Source: Patescibacteria group bacterium
GTDB taxonomy: Bacteria; Patescibacteriota; Minisyncoccia; Phycocordibacterales; UBA918
Reading direction: 5' to 3'
Assembly (NCBI GenBank): GCA_040386275.1
Contig: JAZKFU010000005.1
Coordinates: 7,378-71,377, forward strand
DNA length: 64,000 nucleotides
In this document: in pieces, positions 1 to 10,145 of the stretch
Position numbering within the stretch: the stretch's first letter is position 1
Layout: every line of letters starts with the position of its first letter
Notes under the pieces: generated by a model
Database searches by the model: none
What the model was told of the DNA's origin: nothing
What the model saw: the letters and a program-made list of their open reading frames with translations, nothing else
Position numbers and translations under genes: made by a program

Positions 1-139
1 AGCTTTTCCCTCTTTTTTGATACTTAGTTGCTGATTTCCCTACCTATCACAGGTTACAAAATACTGCCTCACGGTGTATTACATGATTCAAAATGTCTAA
101 CCAGCAATCCTGAGTACTTTTTGATATACTAGGAACATT

Positions 140-1129
140 ATGAGCGATTCGCCAAAGAAAACCATCACGAGAGATGATGCCGGACATCTCGATCAGACGT
201 TACGACCCCAAAGTTGGGAGGAATATGTTGGCCAAAGTAAGATTAAAGAAAATCTGCGCATTTTACTAGAAGCCGCACGCGAACGAGGTCATGCCGCGGA
301 ACACATTTTATTGTACGGCCCGCCCGGATTAGGTAAAACCACATTGGCGCACCTGATTTCGAAAACCCTAGGCACCAACATGCGTACCACTTCTGGCCCC
401 GCCATAGAACGAGTAGGTGATTTGGCGGCCATCCTGACCAACCTTAGTCCCGGCGACGTACTCTTTATTGATGAAATTCATCGCTTAAGCAAAACCATTG
501 AGGAAGTCCTCTACCCAGCCATGGAATCAGGCGTGCTTGATATCATTATCGGTAAAGGTCCTTCTGCGCGTACCGTACAATTAGAACTCCCGCCGTTTAC
601 CCTGGTTGCAGCCACTACTCGGATATCGCTTCTTTCTGCCCCCTTACGCTCCCGTTTTTCTGGCGGAACCTTTCGGTTAGAGTTTTACACCGATACCGAA
701 ATTGCTGACATTTTGACTCGTTCTGCCTCCCTATTACAAGTAACAGCCGATAGTGCTGTTATGCATAATATTGCCGTCCGCTGTCGCGCCACCCCTCGAA
801 CGGCTAACTATCTTTTGAAACGCTGTCGTGACCTTGCTCAACTTGAGAAAGGTGACCTCACTTCAGATATCGTGCAAAAAACTTTTAAACTACTTGAAGT
901 CGACACCCTGGGGTTAGGTGCTCCTGACCGGGCTGTGCTAGAAGCTATTATTCATAAGTTCGGTGGCGGACCGGTAGGTCTTAACACCATCGCAGCGGCA
1001 ACTGGTGAAGAACAGTCAACTATTGAAGATGTTATTGAACCCTACCTCATTCGACAAGGACTCCTAGAACGGACTCCTCGTGGTCGAGTAGCCGCCGCTC
1101 TCGCGTACAGTCATTTACAAGAATTATAA
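140..1129 (+). CDS. ruvB: Holliday junction branch migration helicase RuvB
   Basis: Walker [15 protein letters not shown], Walker [11 protein letters not shown], full-length 329 aa with the typical RuvB N-terminus. Confidence 0.95.
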   Translation: MSDSPKKTITRDDAGHLDQTLRPQSWEEYVGQSKIKENLRILLEAARERGHAAEHILLYGPPGLGKTTLAHLISKTLGTNMRTTSGPAIERVGDLAAILTNLSPGDVLFIDEIHRLSKTIEEVLYPAMESGVLDIIIGKGPSARTVQLELPPFTLVAATTRISLLSAPLRSRFSGGTFRLEFYTDTEIADILTRSASLLQVTADSAVMHNIAVRCRATPRTANYLLKRCRDLAQLEKGDLTSDIVQKTFKLLEVDTLGLGAPDRAVLEAIIHKFGGGPVGLNTIAAATGEEQSTIEDVIEPYLIRQGLLERTPRGRVAAALAYSHLQEL

Positions 1130-1208
1130 ATAGACTAGAATCAACCTATTAGAAATAGTAGTTTTAAAGAGACTCCTCTTCATTACTACGCTCATAAGAA
1201 AATCTGGC

Positions 1209-1754
1209 ATGAGTGGACATAATAAATGGTCAAAAATTAAACACAAAAAAGCAGCTACCGATGGACAAAAGAGTAAAATCTTTTCCAAACATTCAATGTT
1301 GATTGCGATGGAGTCCCGAAAAGCCGGTGGTAATTTAGCGTCAGCCTCTTTGCAGGCCGCTATCTCTCGTGCTAAAGCCGACTTAATGCCAAAGGATAAT
1401 ATCGACCGAGCCGTAGCCAAGGGTTCAGGTGTCGGCGGTGCTGCTTTAACCGAAGTACTGTTTGAAGCGTTCGGCCCAGGAGGAACAGCCATTTTAATTA
1501 CCGCCGTGACCGACAACAACAATCGAACAGCTCCAGAAATTCGTAGCATTTTTACCAAAGCCGGACTGGCGCTCGGTGGCCCTGGTTCTGCTTCCTGGGC
1601 ATTTACCAAAGCAGATGCCGGGTATGTACCTATGAATCCCGTAGAACTCTCAGACGAAGATGGAGAAAAGTTAGCTGATTTGATTGAGAAGTTAGAGGAT
1701 CAGGAGGATGTGCAAGAAGTCTTTACCACCGCCGATGAGCCCGAAGAGGCATAA
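1209..1754 (+). CDS. yebC: YebC/PmpR-family DNA-binding regulator (short, 181 aa)
   Basis: N-terminal MSGHNKWSKIKHKK...KSKIF signature of the YebC/TACO1 family; acidic C-terminus. Confidence 0.85.
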   Translation: MSGHNKWSKIKHKKAATDGQKSKIFSKHSMLIAMESRKAGGNLASASLQAAISRAKADLMPKDNIDRAVAKGSGVGGAALTEVLFEAFGPGGTAILITAVTDNNNRTAPEIRSIFTKAGLALGGPGSASWAFTKADAGYVPMNPVELSDEDGEKLADLIEKLEDQEDVQEVFTTADEPEEA

Positions 1755-1761
1755 GAACCTC

Positions 1762-2012
1762 ATCTACTGCGTTGCGCTACGTTAAATAATTTTTCAACGT
1801 ACAAGAAGTACGTCTCAAAATATTTACCTTGCGCGCCTTGTATCTGAAGTCCTTCTGCCTCTTCTTTCTTTGCAAGCAAAAATTAAATTATAAATTAGAC
1901 GCTCAAAAATCGATACAGTCCTAGGCGCGGAAATAAAAGTTTGCGAGCCGTACTTTTGTACGGTGAGTAAAATTTTATGCACCGCTACAACGGAATGTGC
2001 GATTTTTGTGCG
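1762..2012 (+). repeat. Intergenic repeat element (B module 1762-1830 with ACGTACaagaaGTACGT hairpin, A module 1906-2012 with CCGTACttttGTACGG hairpin)
   Basis: Near-identical copies elsewhere in the window (25425-25510, 53999-54093, inverted 28853-28930; B module at 10335-10410 and 58790-58860). Confidence 0.7.
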
Positions 2013-2040
2013 TCTTCTCTAAAATGGTAGACTATGTCAT

Positions 2041-2520
2041 ATGAGAGTATTAGCTATTGATCCGGGATATGACAGGCTTGGGGTGGCGGTAATGGAGTAC
2101 CAGAACGGAAAAGAACATTTGATTTTTTCGACCTGCGTGGAAACGGACAGAAAAAGTGACTTGCCCGAACGTCTGTTTATGGTCGGAGATACCATCGCTA
2201 CACTTATTGCCACCCACGCCCCTGATACCGTCGCTATTGAAACGCTCTTTTTTAATAAAAATGTTAAAACTGCAATTGGGGTGGCCCAGGCTCGTGGCAT
2301 CATTATCTACCTCGCTAAAAAATCGGGCTGTGTAGTTCATGAATTTGGCCCTCAAGAAATTAAAGTGGCGGTAACTGGTTACGGTAACAGTGATAAAGCA
2401 GCGGTGTTTGCTATGGTAACTCGACTGGTACCCAATGTACCAAGGAAAGCTCTTGACGATGAGTACGATGCAATTGCTGTTGGTATTACCTGCCTTGCAC
2501 AATTTGGACGAAACCCGTAG
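2041..2520 (+). CDS. ruvC: Crossover junction endodeoxyribonuclease RuvC
   Basis: MRVLAIDPGYDRLGVAV N-terminus (catalytic Asp), RNase H-like fold length 159 aa. Confidence 0.9.
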   Translation: MRVLAIDPGYDRLGVAVMEYQNGKEHLIFSTCVETDRKSDLPERLFMVGDTIATLIATHAPDTVAIETLFFNKNVKTAIGVAQARGIIIYLAKKSGCVVHEFGPQEIKVAVTGYGNSDKAAVFAMVTRLVPNVPRKALDDEYDAIAVGITCLAQFGRNP

Positions 2521-2594
2521 AATCTCGAGCGTACTGGTAAAGGGAGTTGCATAAAATGACAACCTTTGTTACAACATTTACATAAATAATTGAT

Positions 2595-2870
2595 ATGATA
2601 AGCAACTTTGCAAAAAACGACGACGACATCGAAGAACCGGAAGAGTTAAATGATGAGGATGCAACCCTTGCTGATGATTTACTCGATGAAGTAGCCGCTG
2701 ACGAAGTCGAAGAAGATGACGCTCTACTGGAAGGCTTTGGAATTTTAACTGAAAAGGAAGTACCTGAAGATGAAGAAGAAAAAGACGAGGATGAAGAAGG
2801 TGATGCGGAACTCGAGGACGATGCTGAGGATGTAGAGTTTGACGCGTTTGATGACATTGACGAGCTCTAA
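2595..2870 (+). CDS. Small highly acidic protein (91 aa, D/E-rich), function unknown
   Basis: ORF followed immediately by a strong terminator hairpin; antisense ORFs are low-complexity artefacts. Confidence 0.5.
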   Translation: MISNFAKNDDDIEEPEELNDEDATLADDLLDEVAADEVEEDDALLEGFGILTEKEVPEDEEEKDEDEEGDAELEDDAEDVEFDAFDDIDEL

Positions 2871-2875
2871 CAAAA

Positions 2876-2905
2876 AACACCCCCTGTGCAGGGGGTGTTT
2901 TTTGT
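2876..2905. terminator. Bidirectional rho-independent terminator (aaaaaacaccccctgtgcagggggtgtttttt)
   Basis: Perfect GC-rich inverted repeat flanked by A/T runs between convergent genes. Confidence 0.75.
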
Positions 2906-2907
2906 TA

Positions 2908-4170
2908 TTACGTTGTGCGGAGGATGACGATATTCTTTTTTCCTCTTTTCAGTGGCTTAATCTCCCCTGCTGTAAGCGTAATGACGGCCTCTAAATTAGT
3001 AACTTTAACTCCGTCGTAGGTAATAGCACCTGACTCAATAAAGGTTCGCGCTTCTCGATTACTCGAAGCTAATCCTGAAGAAACTAATAGCTCAATCAGT
3101 GATGTTGGTGCAGTCACCGTAATAGCAGGTGCATTCGTTAAGAGGATATCTTTTTCTAACGGCGAAAGTGTAGTGGTATCTTTATCACTAAAGAGTATTC
3201 CGGCCACGTTGGCTACAGCGTTTGCTGTTTCAGACCCATGAACAAAGGCAGTAACGGCGAGCGCCAACTCTCGTTGCGCCCGGCGTTCACTTGGATGTTG
3301 CTTAAAATCAGCCACAATTGTTTCAATTTCTTCTAATGAAAGGAGTGTGAATAATTTTAAATAATCAACCACCCCTTCATCCCCTTGATTGAGCCAAAAT
3401 TGATAAAATGCAAACGGTGAAGTTTTTTCGGCATCAAGCCAAATCGCATTCCCCTCACTTTTACCAAACTTTTTACCGGTACTTTTATCTACCACCAAGG
3501 GAACGGTTATCGCATGAACTGTTTTTTGTTCTTTACGACGAATCAACTCTACTCCCGCTATAATATTCCCCCACTGATCTGAACCCCCCACCTGAACATC
3601 ACACCCGTGTTCTTTATTAAGGACTAAGTAGTCATACCCTTGTAGTAACGGGTAGGCAAATTCGGTATAAGAAAGTCCGACGTCACTTCCCAGTCTCGTC
3701 GCAATGGCATCTTTTTTTATTAATTCATTAACGGTAAAGTGTTTTCCAATATCTCGCAAAAAGGTTAAGAGACCTACTGAACCGAGCCAATCTTTATTAT
3801 TTACAAACGTAATCGGTACATTCTCTCCCCCAATTAACCGCTGGGCTTGGGCTTTAATTTTCTCAACATTACCATCAGTTATAGCTACGTCTTGTAACAC
3901 CCGCTCAGCATTAGGCTTGGGGTCACCAATCATACCCGTACCACCCCCCACCAAAAAAATAACTCGGTGTCCCGCCTGAGCTAAATGGTGCAACAACAAC
4001 CAAATCACCATATTACCCGCGTGTGCTGAGTCAGCACTCGGGTCAATCCCGTGGTAAATAGTCCGTTTAGGACCATCCAGAACATCGGCGAGCGATTCAC
4101 TGGTATGTTGATGAATAAATCCGCGTTTAGTTAAATCAGTAGATAACGACATAGCTATAATGTACCACAC
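2908..4170 (-). CDS. tyrS: Tyrosine--tRNA ligase
   Basis: Class I aaRS with KFGKS (KMSKS-type) motif, C-terminal S4-like domain, 420 aa. Confidence 0.93.
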   Translation of the reverse strand: MWYIIAMSLSTDLTKRGFIHQHTSESLADVLDGPKRTIYHGIDPSADSAHAGNMVIWLLLHHLAQAGHRVIFLVGGGTGMIGDPKPNAERVLQDVAITDGNVEKIKAQAQRLIGGENVPITFVNNKDWLGSVGLLTFLRDIGKHFTVNELIKKDAIATRLGSDVGLSYTEFAYPLLQGYDYLVLNKEHGCDVQVGGSDQWGNIIAGVELIRRKEQKTVHAITVPLVVDKSTGKKFGKSEGNAIWLDAEKTSPFAFYQFWLNQGDEGVVDYLKLFTLLSLEEIETIVADFKQHPSERRAQRELALAVTAFVHGSETANAVANVAGILFSDKDTTTLSPLEKDILLTNAPAITVTAPTSLIELLVSSGLASSNREARTFIESGAITYDGVKVTNLEAVITLTAGEIKPLKRGKKNIVILRTT

Positions 4171-4228
4171 TCATTTGTTAATTTAACTAGACAAATTATG
4201 CTACTATTGGCACTATACACACAAATTT

Positions 4229-6508
4229 ATGTTCAAAAAACTCATTACAAAAGACTGGTGGAAGAAAAACTATAAACGAATTATCGTTGATAGTTTAATT
4301 GTTATGTTCGTCGGCACCGTCTTAATCGTGAGTGGTCTCTTAATTTGGGTATCCACCTTAGAAATACCTGATCTTTCCTCATTTGAAGACAGACGGATTC
4401 TTCAATCTACTAAAATTTATGACCGAACGGGGGAAATTCTTTTATATGACCTTCACCAAGACGTAAAGCGGACGATAGTTCCCTACGAAAACATCTCTCG
4501 CAACATCAAAAACGCCACCATAGCGATTGAAGATGAACGGTTTTATAGTCACTTTGGGATTGACTTAAAATCAATTGTTCGAGCAGCAGTCGTTAACACC
4601 ACCGCCGGTGATCTTTTAGGCGGACAAGGTGGTTCAACAATTACGCAGCAAGTAATCAAAAACTCGGTATTGCAACGAGATAAAAAACTGTCACGAAAAG
4701 TAAAAGAGGCTATTTTATCCATTAAGCTTGAACGAACGCTTTCTAAAGATGAGATTTTAAGTATCTACCTTAACGAATCCCCGTACGGCGGAACTATCTA
4801 TGGGGTAGAGGAGGCTTCTCAGTCTTTCTTTGGCAAAAAAGCCAGTGATGTAACACTCGCTGAAGCGGCGTATCTCGCTTCCCTCCCGCAAGCTCCTACA
4901 TACCTCTCTCCTTACGGCAACAACAAAGAAGATCTTGATGCTCGAAAAAATGTTACCTTGCGAAAAATGCTGGAAAACCAACTCATTTCAGCCGACGAGT
5001 ACAATCAAGCAAAAGATGAAGTAGTGACTTTTTTGCCCCAGGCTATTTCTGGTATTCGCGCCCCGCACTTTGTAATGTTTGTGCGCGAGCAATTAGTAAA
5101 ACAATACGGTGAAGAAGCGCTCGCTGAACGTGGGTTTAAAGTTATCACAACGCTTAACTATGAATTCCAAGAAAAGGCTGAGAAAATCGTAGCTGAAAAA
5201 GCAGCCATCAACAAAGAACGTTTTAAAGCAGATAACGCTGGCTTAGTAGCAGTTGACCCAAAGAACGGAGATGTACTTACTATGGTAGGATCAAAGGATT
5301 ATTTCAGTGAAGAAATTGACGGCAACTTTAATATAGCCCTCGCTGAACGTCAGCCTGGATCTGCAATTAAACCCTTTATTTACGCGGCCGCTTTTTCTAA
5401 AGGCTACCTCCCTAATACTATTCTCTTTGACGTTAAAACTCAGTTCTCTCCACTATGTCCACCTGATAGCACCAGCTCTGAATCACCATGTTATTCTCCA
5501 AACAACTACAACGGAAAATTCTTAGGACCAATCAGTATGCGCAACGCCATGGCGCAATCATTAAACATCCCAGCTGTAAAAACATTGTACCTAGCCGGCA
5601 TTAAAAACTCGCTTAAGCTGGCAGCAGACATGGGTCTCACCACCCTTAATGACCCCGAACGATACGGACTAACCCTAGTACTCGGCGGTGGTGAAGTTCG
5701 CCTACTTGATATGACTCATGCGTTTGGAGTCTTTGCCAACGAAGGCGTGCGCGCAGAACCACGCAGCGTGCTAAAGATTGAAGATTCTCAAGGTAACCTT
5801 GTATTTGAAAGCCAGGTAGCCAGTAAGCGAGTTCTCGACCGTAACGTTGCATTAATGATTAGTGACGTACTTACTGACAACGTTGCCCGAACACCACTAT
5901 GGGGAGCAAACTCACTGGTTAATTTCACCACTCGTGATGTAGCCTCAAAAACCGGAAGTACCAACAACCTCCGTGATGCCTGGCTTATGGGGTACACGCC
6001 TAACCTCGCAGTAGGCACCTGGGTCGGAAACAACAACAACGCCCCGATGGGTGGTGGCCTTTCAGGATTAATTGTTACCCCTATGTGGCGAGAGTTCTTT
6101 GATTTTGCCCTCGAGAAAATTCCTGATGAAAAATTTGCCCAACCACAAATAGACTTAGCGGGAGTTAAGCCCATAATTCGTGGTGACTATATTGATAGCT
6201 CAATCTTAATCTCCCAAGCACAAACTGGATCTACCACCCCTGACATTAGTGGAGTCATCAATAGTATTCACGACATCTTGTATTACGTCGATAAAAATGA
6301 CCCTCAAGGACCATACCCTTCAAACCCTAATGTAGACGATCAATTTGCTAACTGGGAATATGGAGTGCAAGCGTGGAAAAACGCCACGTACGGTGCCATT
6401 TTAGCCGCTTCAGTTGCATCTTCTACAGCAGAGACAGTGACACCAGATGAAGAAACTGAGGAAGAGGAGGAGACGCCCAGACGGCGACGAAACAATCGTG
6501 ACGATTAA
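4229..6508 (+). CDS. Class A penicillin-binding protein (transglycosylase/transpeptidase, PBP1A-like)
   Basis: GT51 motif EDERFYSHFGID, transpeptidase SAIKPF (SxxK), N-terminal TM anchor, 759 aa. Confidence 0.93.
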   Translation: MFKKLITKDWWKKNYKRIIVDSLIVMFVGTVLIVSGLLIWVSTLEIPDLSSFEDRRILQSTKIYDRTGEILLYDLHQDVKRTIVPYENISRNIKNATIAIEDERFYSHFGIDLKSIVRAAVVNTTAGDLLGGQGGSTITQQVIKNSVLQRDKKLSRKVKEAILSIKLERTLSKDEILSIYLNESPYGGTIYGVEEASQSFFGKKASDVTLAEAAYLASLPQAPTYLSPYGNNKEDLDARKNVTLRKMLENQLISADEYNQAKDEVVTFLPQAISGIRAPHFVMFVREQLVKQYGEEALAERGFKVITTLNYEFQEKAEKIVAEKAAINKERFKADNAGLVAVDPKNGDVLTMVGSKDYFSEEIDGNFNIALAERQPGSAIKPFIYAAAFSKGYLPNTILFDVKTQFSPLCPPDSTSSESPCYSPNNYNGKFLGPISMRNAMAQSLNIPAVKTLYLAGIKNSLKLAADMGLTTLNDPERYGLTLVLGGGEVRLLDMTHAFGVFANEGVRAEPRSVLKIEDSQGNLVFESQVASKRVLDRNVALMISDVLTDNVARTPLWGANSLVNFTTRDVASKTGSTNNLRDAWLMGYTPNLAVGTWVGNNNNAPMGGGLSGLIVTPMWREFFDFALEKIPDEKFAQPQIDLAGVKPIIRGDYIDSSILISQAQTGSTTPDISGVINSIHDILYYVDKNDPQGPYPSNPNVDDQFANWEYGVQAWKNATYGAILAASVASSTAETVTPDEETEEEEETPRRRRNNRDD

Positions 6509-6514
6509 GCTTTA

Positions 6515-6545
6515 AAAAACACCTGGACAGCCAGGTGTTTTTTAA
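6515..6545. terminator. Bidirectional terminator (aaaaaacacctggacagccaggtgtttttt)
   Basis: Inverted repeat with flanking T/A runs between convergent PBP and DUF721 genes. Confidence 0.7.
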
Positions 6546-6832
6546 AAAATGATTTTAGGTACACTCGTCTCCCCCAACCGAGCTTTAAGATGAATTAGAA
6601 TTTCCTCTTGGTGTAATTTTATTTCTTGCTTTAACACTGCCGGCGCAGTTAAAGAAATGGTTCGTGAATGTACAGCGTATTTTATATACTTAGGACTTAA
6701 CGCTACTCCAGTTAAATCAGCAATTACCTCTATCACCTCTTTAACCACACTACTTTGTGGTGCTTTAAGTACCTTTTTATATTTTTCAAAAAGTTCACTA
6801 ACTTTTGTAATTTCACCGCGCCGGGTTTTCAT
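6542..6832 (-). CDS. DUF721/DciA-like protein (origin-region small protein)
   Basis: About 96 aa basic protein directly downstream of dnaN, typical position of DUF721/DciA; weak sequence-level call. Confidence 0.6.
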   Translation of the reverse strand: MKTRRGEITKVSELFEKYKKVLKAPQSSVVKEVIEVIADLTGVALSPKYIKYAVHSRTISLTAPAVLKQEIKLHQEEILIHLKARLGETSVPKIIF

Positions 6833-7044
6833 ATCTCTATTATAAAAGGAAATTTAGAAAATGAGTAAGGAGGGATTTATAGGTTTAAGTTAACGTCTTA
6901 AGGAGGTCTACTTTAACGATGACAAGTTCTAGCGATTTACCCCAGGAACGTTCACCTCAACGATTTCAGGTTCCAGGAGTTTGCCCTAGCGAGGGGCAAA
7001 CTCGGAACAAAATTCGCAATACACCCTTCGGGTGTTTGCTTATT

Positions 7045-8139
7045 TTATTTATTCATCGGCATCACGAGATACCTCAGAGTGGTATCAGATACACCTTGGA
7101 TTACCAGAGGCCTTCCAATGCCGGCAAAGTGCATTATAAGACTATCGTCACTAATATGTGACAGCGGATCAATTAAGTACTGTTGGTTAAAATTAAGCGT
7201 AAGGTCCTCCCCTTCTGTTTGCACTTTAATCGTATCGGTAGTGGTTCCAACTTCACCATTCTGAGACGAAATAGTTAATTCCGAAGCAGCAATTTTAATA
7301 GTAACCTGCATAAACTTATTTAAAAATACTTGTGTCTTTTTAAATGACTGCAAAATATCACTCTTAAGCGCAGTGGTGTGTGTCACATACTCCTTAGGAA
7401 TAATCTGCTCATAGTCGGGAAACGAGCCTGAGACGAGTCGTGACGTGATATACACCCCTTCAGAAAACGAAAGCGCACATTGATTATCATTAATAATGAG
7501 AGTTGGATCAGTTTCAAGCAAATCACAGATACGAGCTAATTCAATTGCGTTCTTTTGGGGAATAAGAATAGTTTGATTGAGTATAAAATTCTTTTGCGGA
7601 ACAGTCTTTTCCATCAACCTAAAAGAATCAGTAGCCACAAACGTGAGTGAGTGTTCTTTTTTTTGTTGAATAAAAATACTGCCTAATTCCGGCTTAATAG
7701 AAGACTGCGAAGCAGCAAACGCCACTGTCTTTATTCCTAACGCAAAAAGATTTTTTTGGATTGGAGAACCACCCACAGTTAGTTTTACAATTGACGGAAA
7801 CTCATCATACGGAATAGCGTTAATGGTAGTTTTACCACTTCCACTATCAACTAAGAGCACACCTTCAGTAACAGAGAGCGTTACATCCTTTTTAGTAATA
7901 TATTGCACTGCTTGCATTAAGGTGGTGGCTGAGACTGCCACAATTCCCTCTTCTTCCACATTAGCTTCCACTACCACCTCAATTCCTATCTCTAAGTTAG
8001 TCGCTTTAAAAGTGACTGTACCTTCTTTAACAGTAATTAAGACACACTGTAGAACGGGTAACGTTACATGTTTGATACTTACTCGGGTAATGAGTTCTAG
8101 TGCGTGGATAAGTTTTTGTTGGTTGAGTATTATTTTCAT
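7045..8139 (-). CDS. dnaN: DNA polymerase III beta sliding clamp
   Basis: 364 aa, MKIILNQQKLIHAL N-terminus, located immediately downstream of dnaA. Confidence 0.93.
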   Translation of the reverse strand: MKIILNQQKLIHALELITRVSIKHVTLPVLQCVLITVKEGTVTFKATNLEIGIEVVVEANVEEEGIVAVSATTLMQAVQYITKKDVTLSVTEGVLLVDSGSGKTTINAIPYDEFPSIVKLTVGGSPIQKNLFALGIKTVAFAASQSSIKPELGSIFIQQKKEHSLTFVATDSFRLMEKTVPQKNFILNQTILIPQKNAIELARICDLLETDPTLIINDNQCALSFSEGVYITSRLVSGSFPDYEQIIPKEYVTHTTALKSDILQSFKKTQVFLNKFMQVTIKIAASELTISSQNGEVGTTTDTIKVQTEGEDLTLNFNQQYLIDPLSHISDDSLIMHFAGIGRPLVIQGVSDTTLRYLVMPMNK

Positions 8140-8496
8140 TTTTTTATATTTTACTCTCTCTTATTAGGGGTGTGGAAGTGTGCATAAGCTAAAAATATGT
8201 TGTATTTATAAGGCTACTGTAGCACCTTTATTTATAAAATACCTGTGTATTTATCTGTGCATACTGTTCATTTCTTTGGGGATAGAACTGGTCTTTTCAT
8301 AATATGGGTATAACTCACTCTTTTATACCCACTATTTTTTGTAAAAATTAGCAGTATCGACGGTTTATTAGCCACTAAACCAGCTCTTCTTCCCCAGGGT
8401 TACAAAGGATCATCCCCAGTTTATCCCACGTTGGTGGGTATAACTGATACTGCTGTATAAAATAAAACATCAGGTATCCTCGTGATACCTGATGTT
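8140..8496. promoter_or_regulatory. AT-rich dnaA-dnaN intergenic region (possible oriC part / DUE)
   Basis: 357 bp non-coding, AT-rich, degenerate DnaA-box-like words; hairpin 8464-8498 overlapping dnaA stop. Confidence 0.4.
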
Positions 8497-9882
8497 TTAT
8501 TTTAAGAGTAGTCGTACCTGAGTAATCTCTTCTTCTAGTTCGGCGTCTACTTTGAGGTCTCGTTTAATTTTTTCACAACTATGGATCACCGTGGTATGGT
8601 CTCTTCCTCCAAGTTTTTTACCAATGGCCGGGTACGATACCTGAAAATCTTCTCGTAAAATGTACATGATAATCTGTCTTGGCTTCACTACTTCTTTTCG
8701 ACGGGTCTTTTCGTAAATACTCGCTTGATCAATATCAAAGAAGCGTGCCACTTTATCAACTACATCAGAGACGGCTAGGGTTTTTCGGGGTCGACTACTG
8801 TTTTTAATAATCGCCTTTACCTCCTCGATAGTAAGGGTTCGTCCCAATAGTTGTGATTGGCACATAATGGTATTAAGAGCCCCTTCGAGTTCCCGGATGT
8901 TGCCTTCAATAGTTTGAGCGAGGTGTTCAACTACATCGTCAGCCAGAGAAATACTATTTTGCGCAGCTTTGGCGCGTAAAATAGCCGCTCGTGATTCTGT
9001 GTCGGGAGCAGGAATATCAACAATCATCCCCTGTCCAAACCGTGATCGTAACCGATCTTCCATACCAGCAAGTAACGCTGGGTGCATGTCACTTGAAAAC
9101 ACAATTTGCTTATTGGTGTCATGGAGCGCATTAAAGAGGTGAAATAATTCTTCTTGTGTCTTTTCTTTGGTGGCTAAGAACTGGACGTCGTCCATAATCA
9201 GAACATCATACTGGCGGTATTTGTCTTTAAAATTATTAGCAGTTCCACTTTGCAGCGCATTAAAGTAATCCACGGCAAACCGTTCACTGGTGACATAAAA
9301 CACCTTCTTACCAGTCTTTTTTACCTGATTACCTACCGCTTGAATGAGGTGAGTCTTACCGTGACCGGTTTTACCATAAATAAATAGTGGATTATACGCA
9401 ATTCCCGGCTTTTCACTCACAGTTTTAGCAGCTGCGTGCGCAAGCGCGTTGTAAGGGCCTACCACAAAGTTTTCAAAAGAATATTTTGGGTTAAGGTTAT
9501 CACTTTTATTGATGTAGTAATCCTCAAGCGGGAGAGCGGCATTAATGGTTTGAGTTTTATTGGTCTCCCCTCTTCTATCGCTCCGTTGTAGTACGGCGTA
9601 TTCAATACTCCGTACATAGGGAGTAATTTCACGCAGGGTTTTTAAAATCATTGACTGAAATTTATCAGCCAGCCAGTCCCGAACAAAAATACTCGGTACC
9701 CCAATAGTGAGGGTGCCGTCCTCAAGCGAAACAATGTGCGTGTCGCGAAACCAAGTCTTAAAGTTAGCAGGAGTGATTGATAGTTCAATCTTAACCAAGG
9801 CATTATCCCACAGACTTTTAACATCAATTTGCTCAGTTCGAACAATGCTATTGCTTTGATGTTGGTGTGTTACAGGAGGCAT
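8497..9882 (-). CDS. dnaA: Chromosomal replication initiator DnaA
   Basis: Walker A GKTGHGKTHL, AAA+ sensor motifs, C-terminal DNA-binding domain, 461 aa. Confidence 0.97.
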   Translation of the reverse strand: MPPVTHQHQSNSIVRTEQIDVKSLWDNALVKIELSITPANFKTWFRDTHIVSLEDGTLTIGVPSIFVRDWLADKFQSMILKTLREITPYVRSIEYAVLQRSDRRGETNKTQTINAALPLEDYYINKSDNLNPKYSFENFVVGPYNALAHAAAKTVSEKPGIAYNPLFIYGKTGHGKTHLIQAVGNQVKKTGKKVFYVTSERFAVDYFNALQSGTANNFKDKYRQYDVLIMDDVQFLATKEKTQEELFHLFNALHDTNKQIVFSSDMHPALLAGMEDRLRSRFGQGMIVDIPAPDTESRAAILRAKAAQNSISLADDVVEHLAQTIEGNIRELEGALNTIMCQSQLLGRTLTIEEVKAIIKNSSRPRKTLAVSDVVDKVARFFDIDQASIYEKTRRKEVVKPRQIIMYILREDFQVSYPAIGKKLGGRDHTTVIHSCEKIKRDLKVDAELEEEITQVRLLLK

Positions 9883-9995
9883 AGTGATAATATTTCTAAA
9901 GCTGTGTGAATTATACTGGGTGAAAAAAAACTGTAAATACTAAGGCAATAAAGTGACTAAAAAGTACCCCTCAGTATTGATACTCTTTATGCAAC

Positions 9996-10015
9996 TGTGG
10001 ATAACCTGTGGACAA
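9996..10015. promoter_or_regulatory. Two adjacent DnaA boxes (TGTGGATAA, TGTGGACAA) in the dnaA-rpmH intergenic region
   Basis: Exact reverse complement of consensus TTATCCACA plus a 1-mismatch copy 2 bp away. Confidence 0.65.
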
Positions 10016-10145
10016 TAATTTTTTATACCAACTGTCCATCCCCTATCGAGTCACTCGTACTATTATTATACGGATAGTGAGGGTCGGTTAACAGGTTGCG
10101 AACTTTAAAATATCATGTATAGTTCTACCACTAATTACATTTAAT

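Noticed and set aside
1124-1609. 161-aa minus-strand ORF antisense to yebC
   Set aside because: Fully overlaps a well-supported YebC gene on the opposite strand, with no motifs.
2486-2880. Minus-strand ORFs 2486-2857 (Ser-rich) and 2578-2880 (His/Leu/Arg-rich)
   Set aside because: Low-complexity translations antisense to the GAA/GAT-rich acidic-protein gene; they span the terminator hairpin and are not plausible proteins.
8421-8429. TTATCCCAC as a DnaA box in the dnaA-dnaN spacer
   Set aside because: Three mismatches to TTATCCACA at the 3' end. It is kept only as weak support, since the clear boxes are in the dnaA-rpmH spacer.
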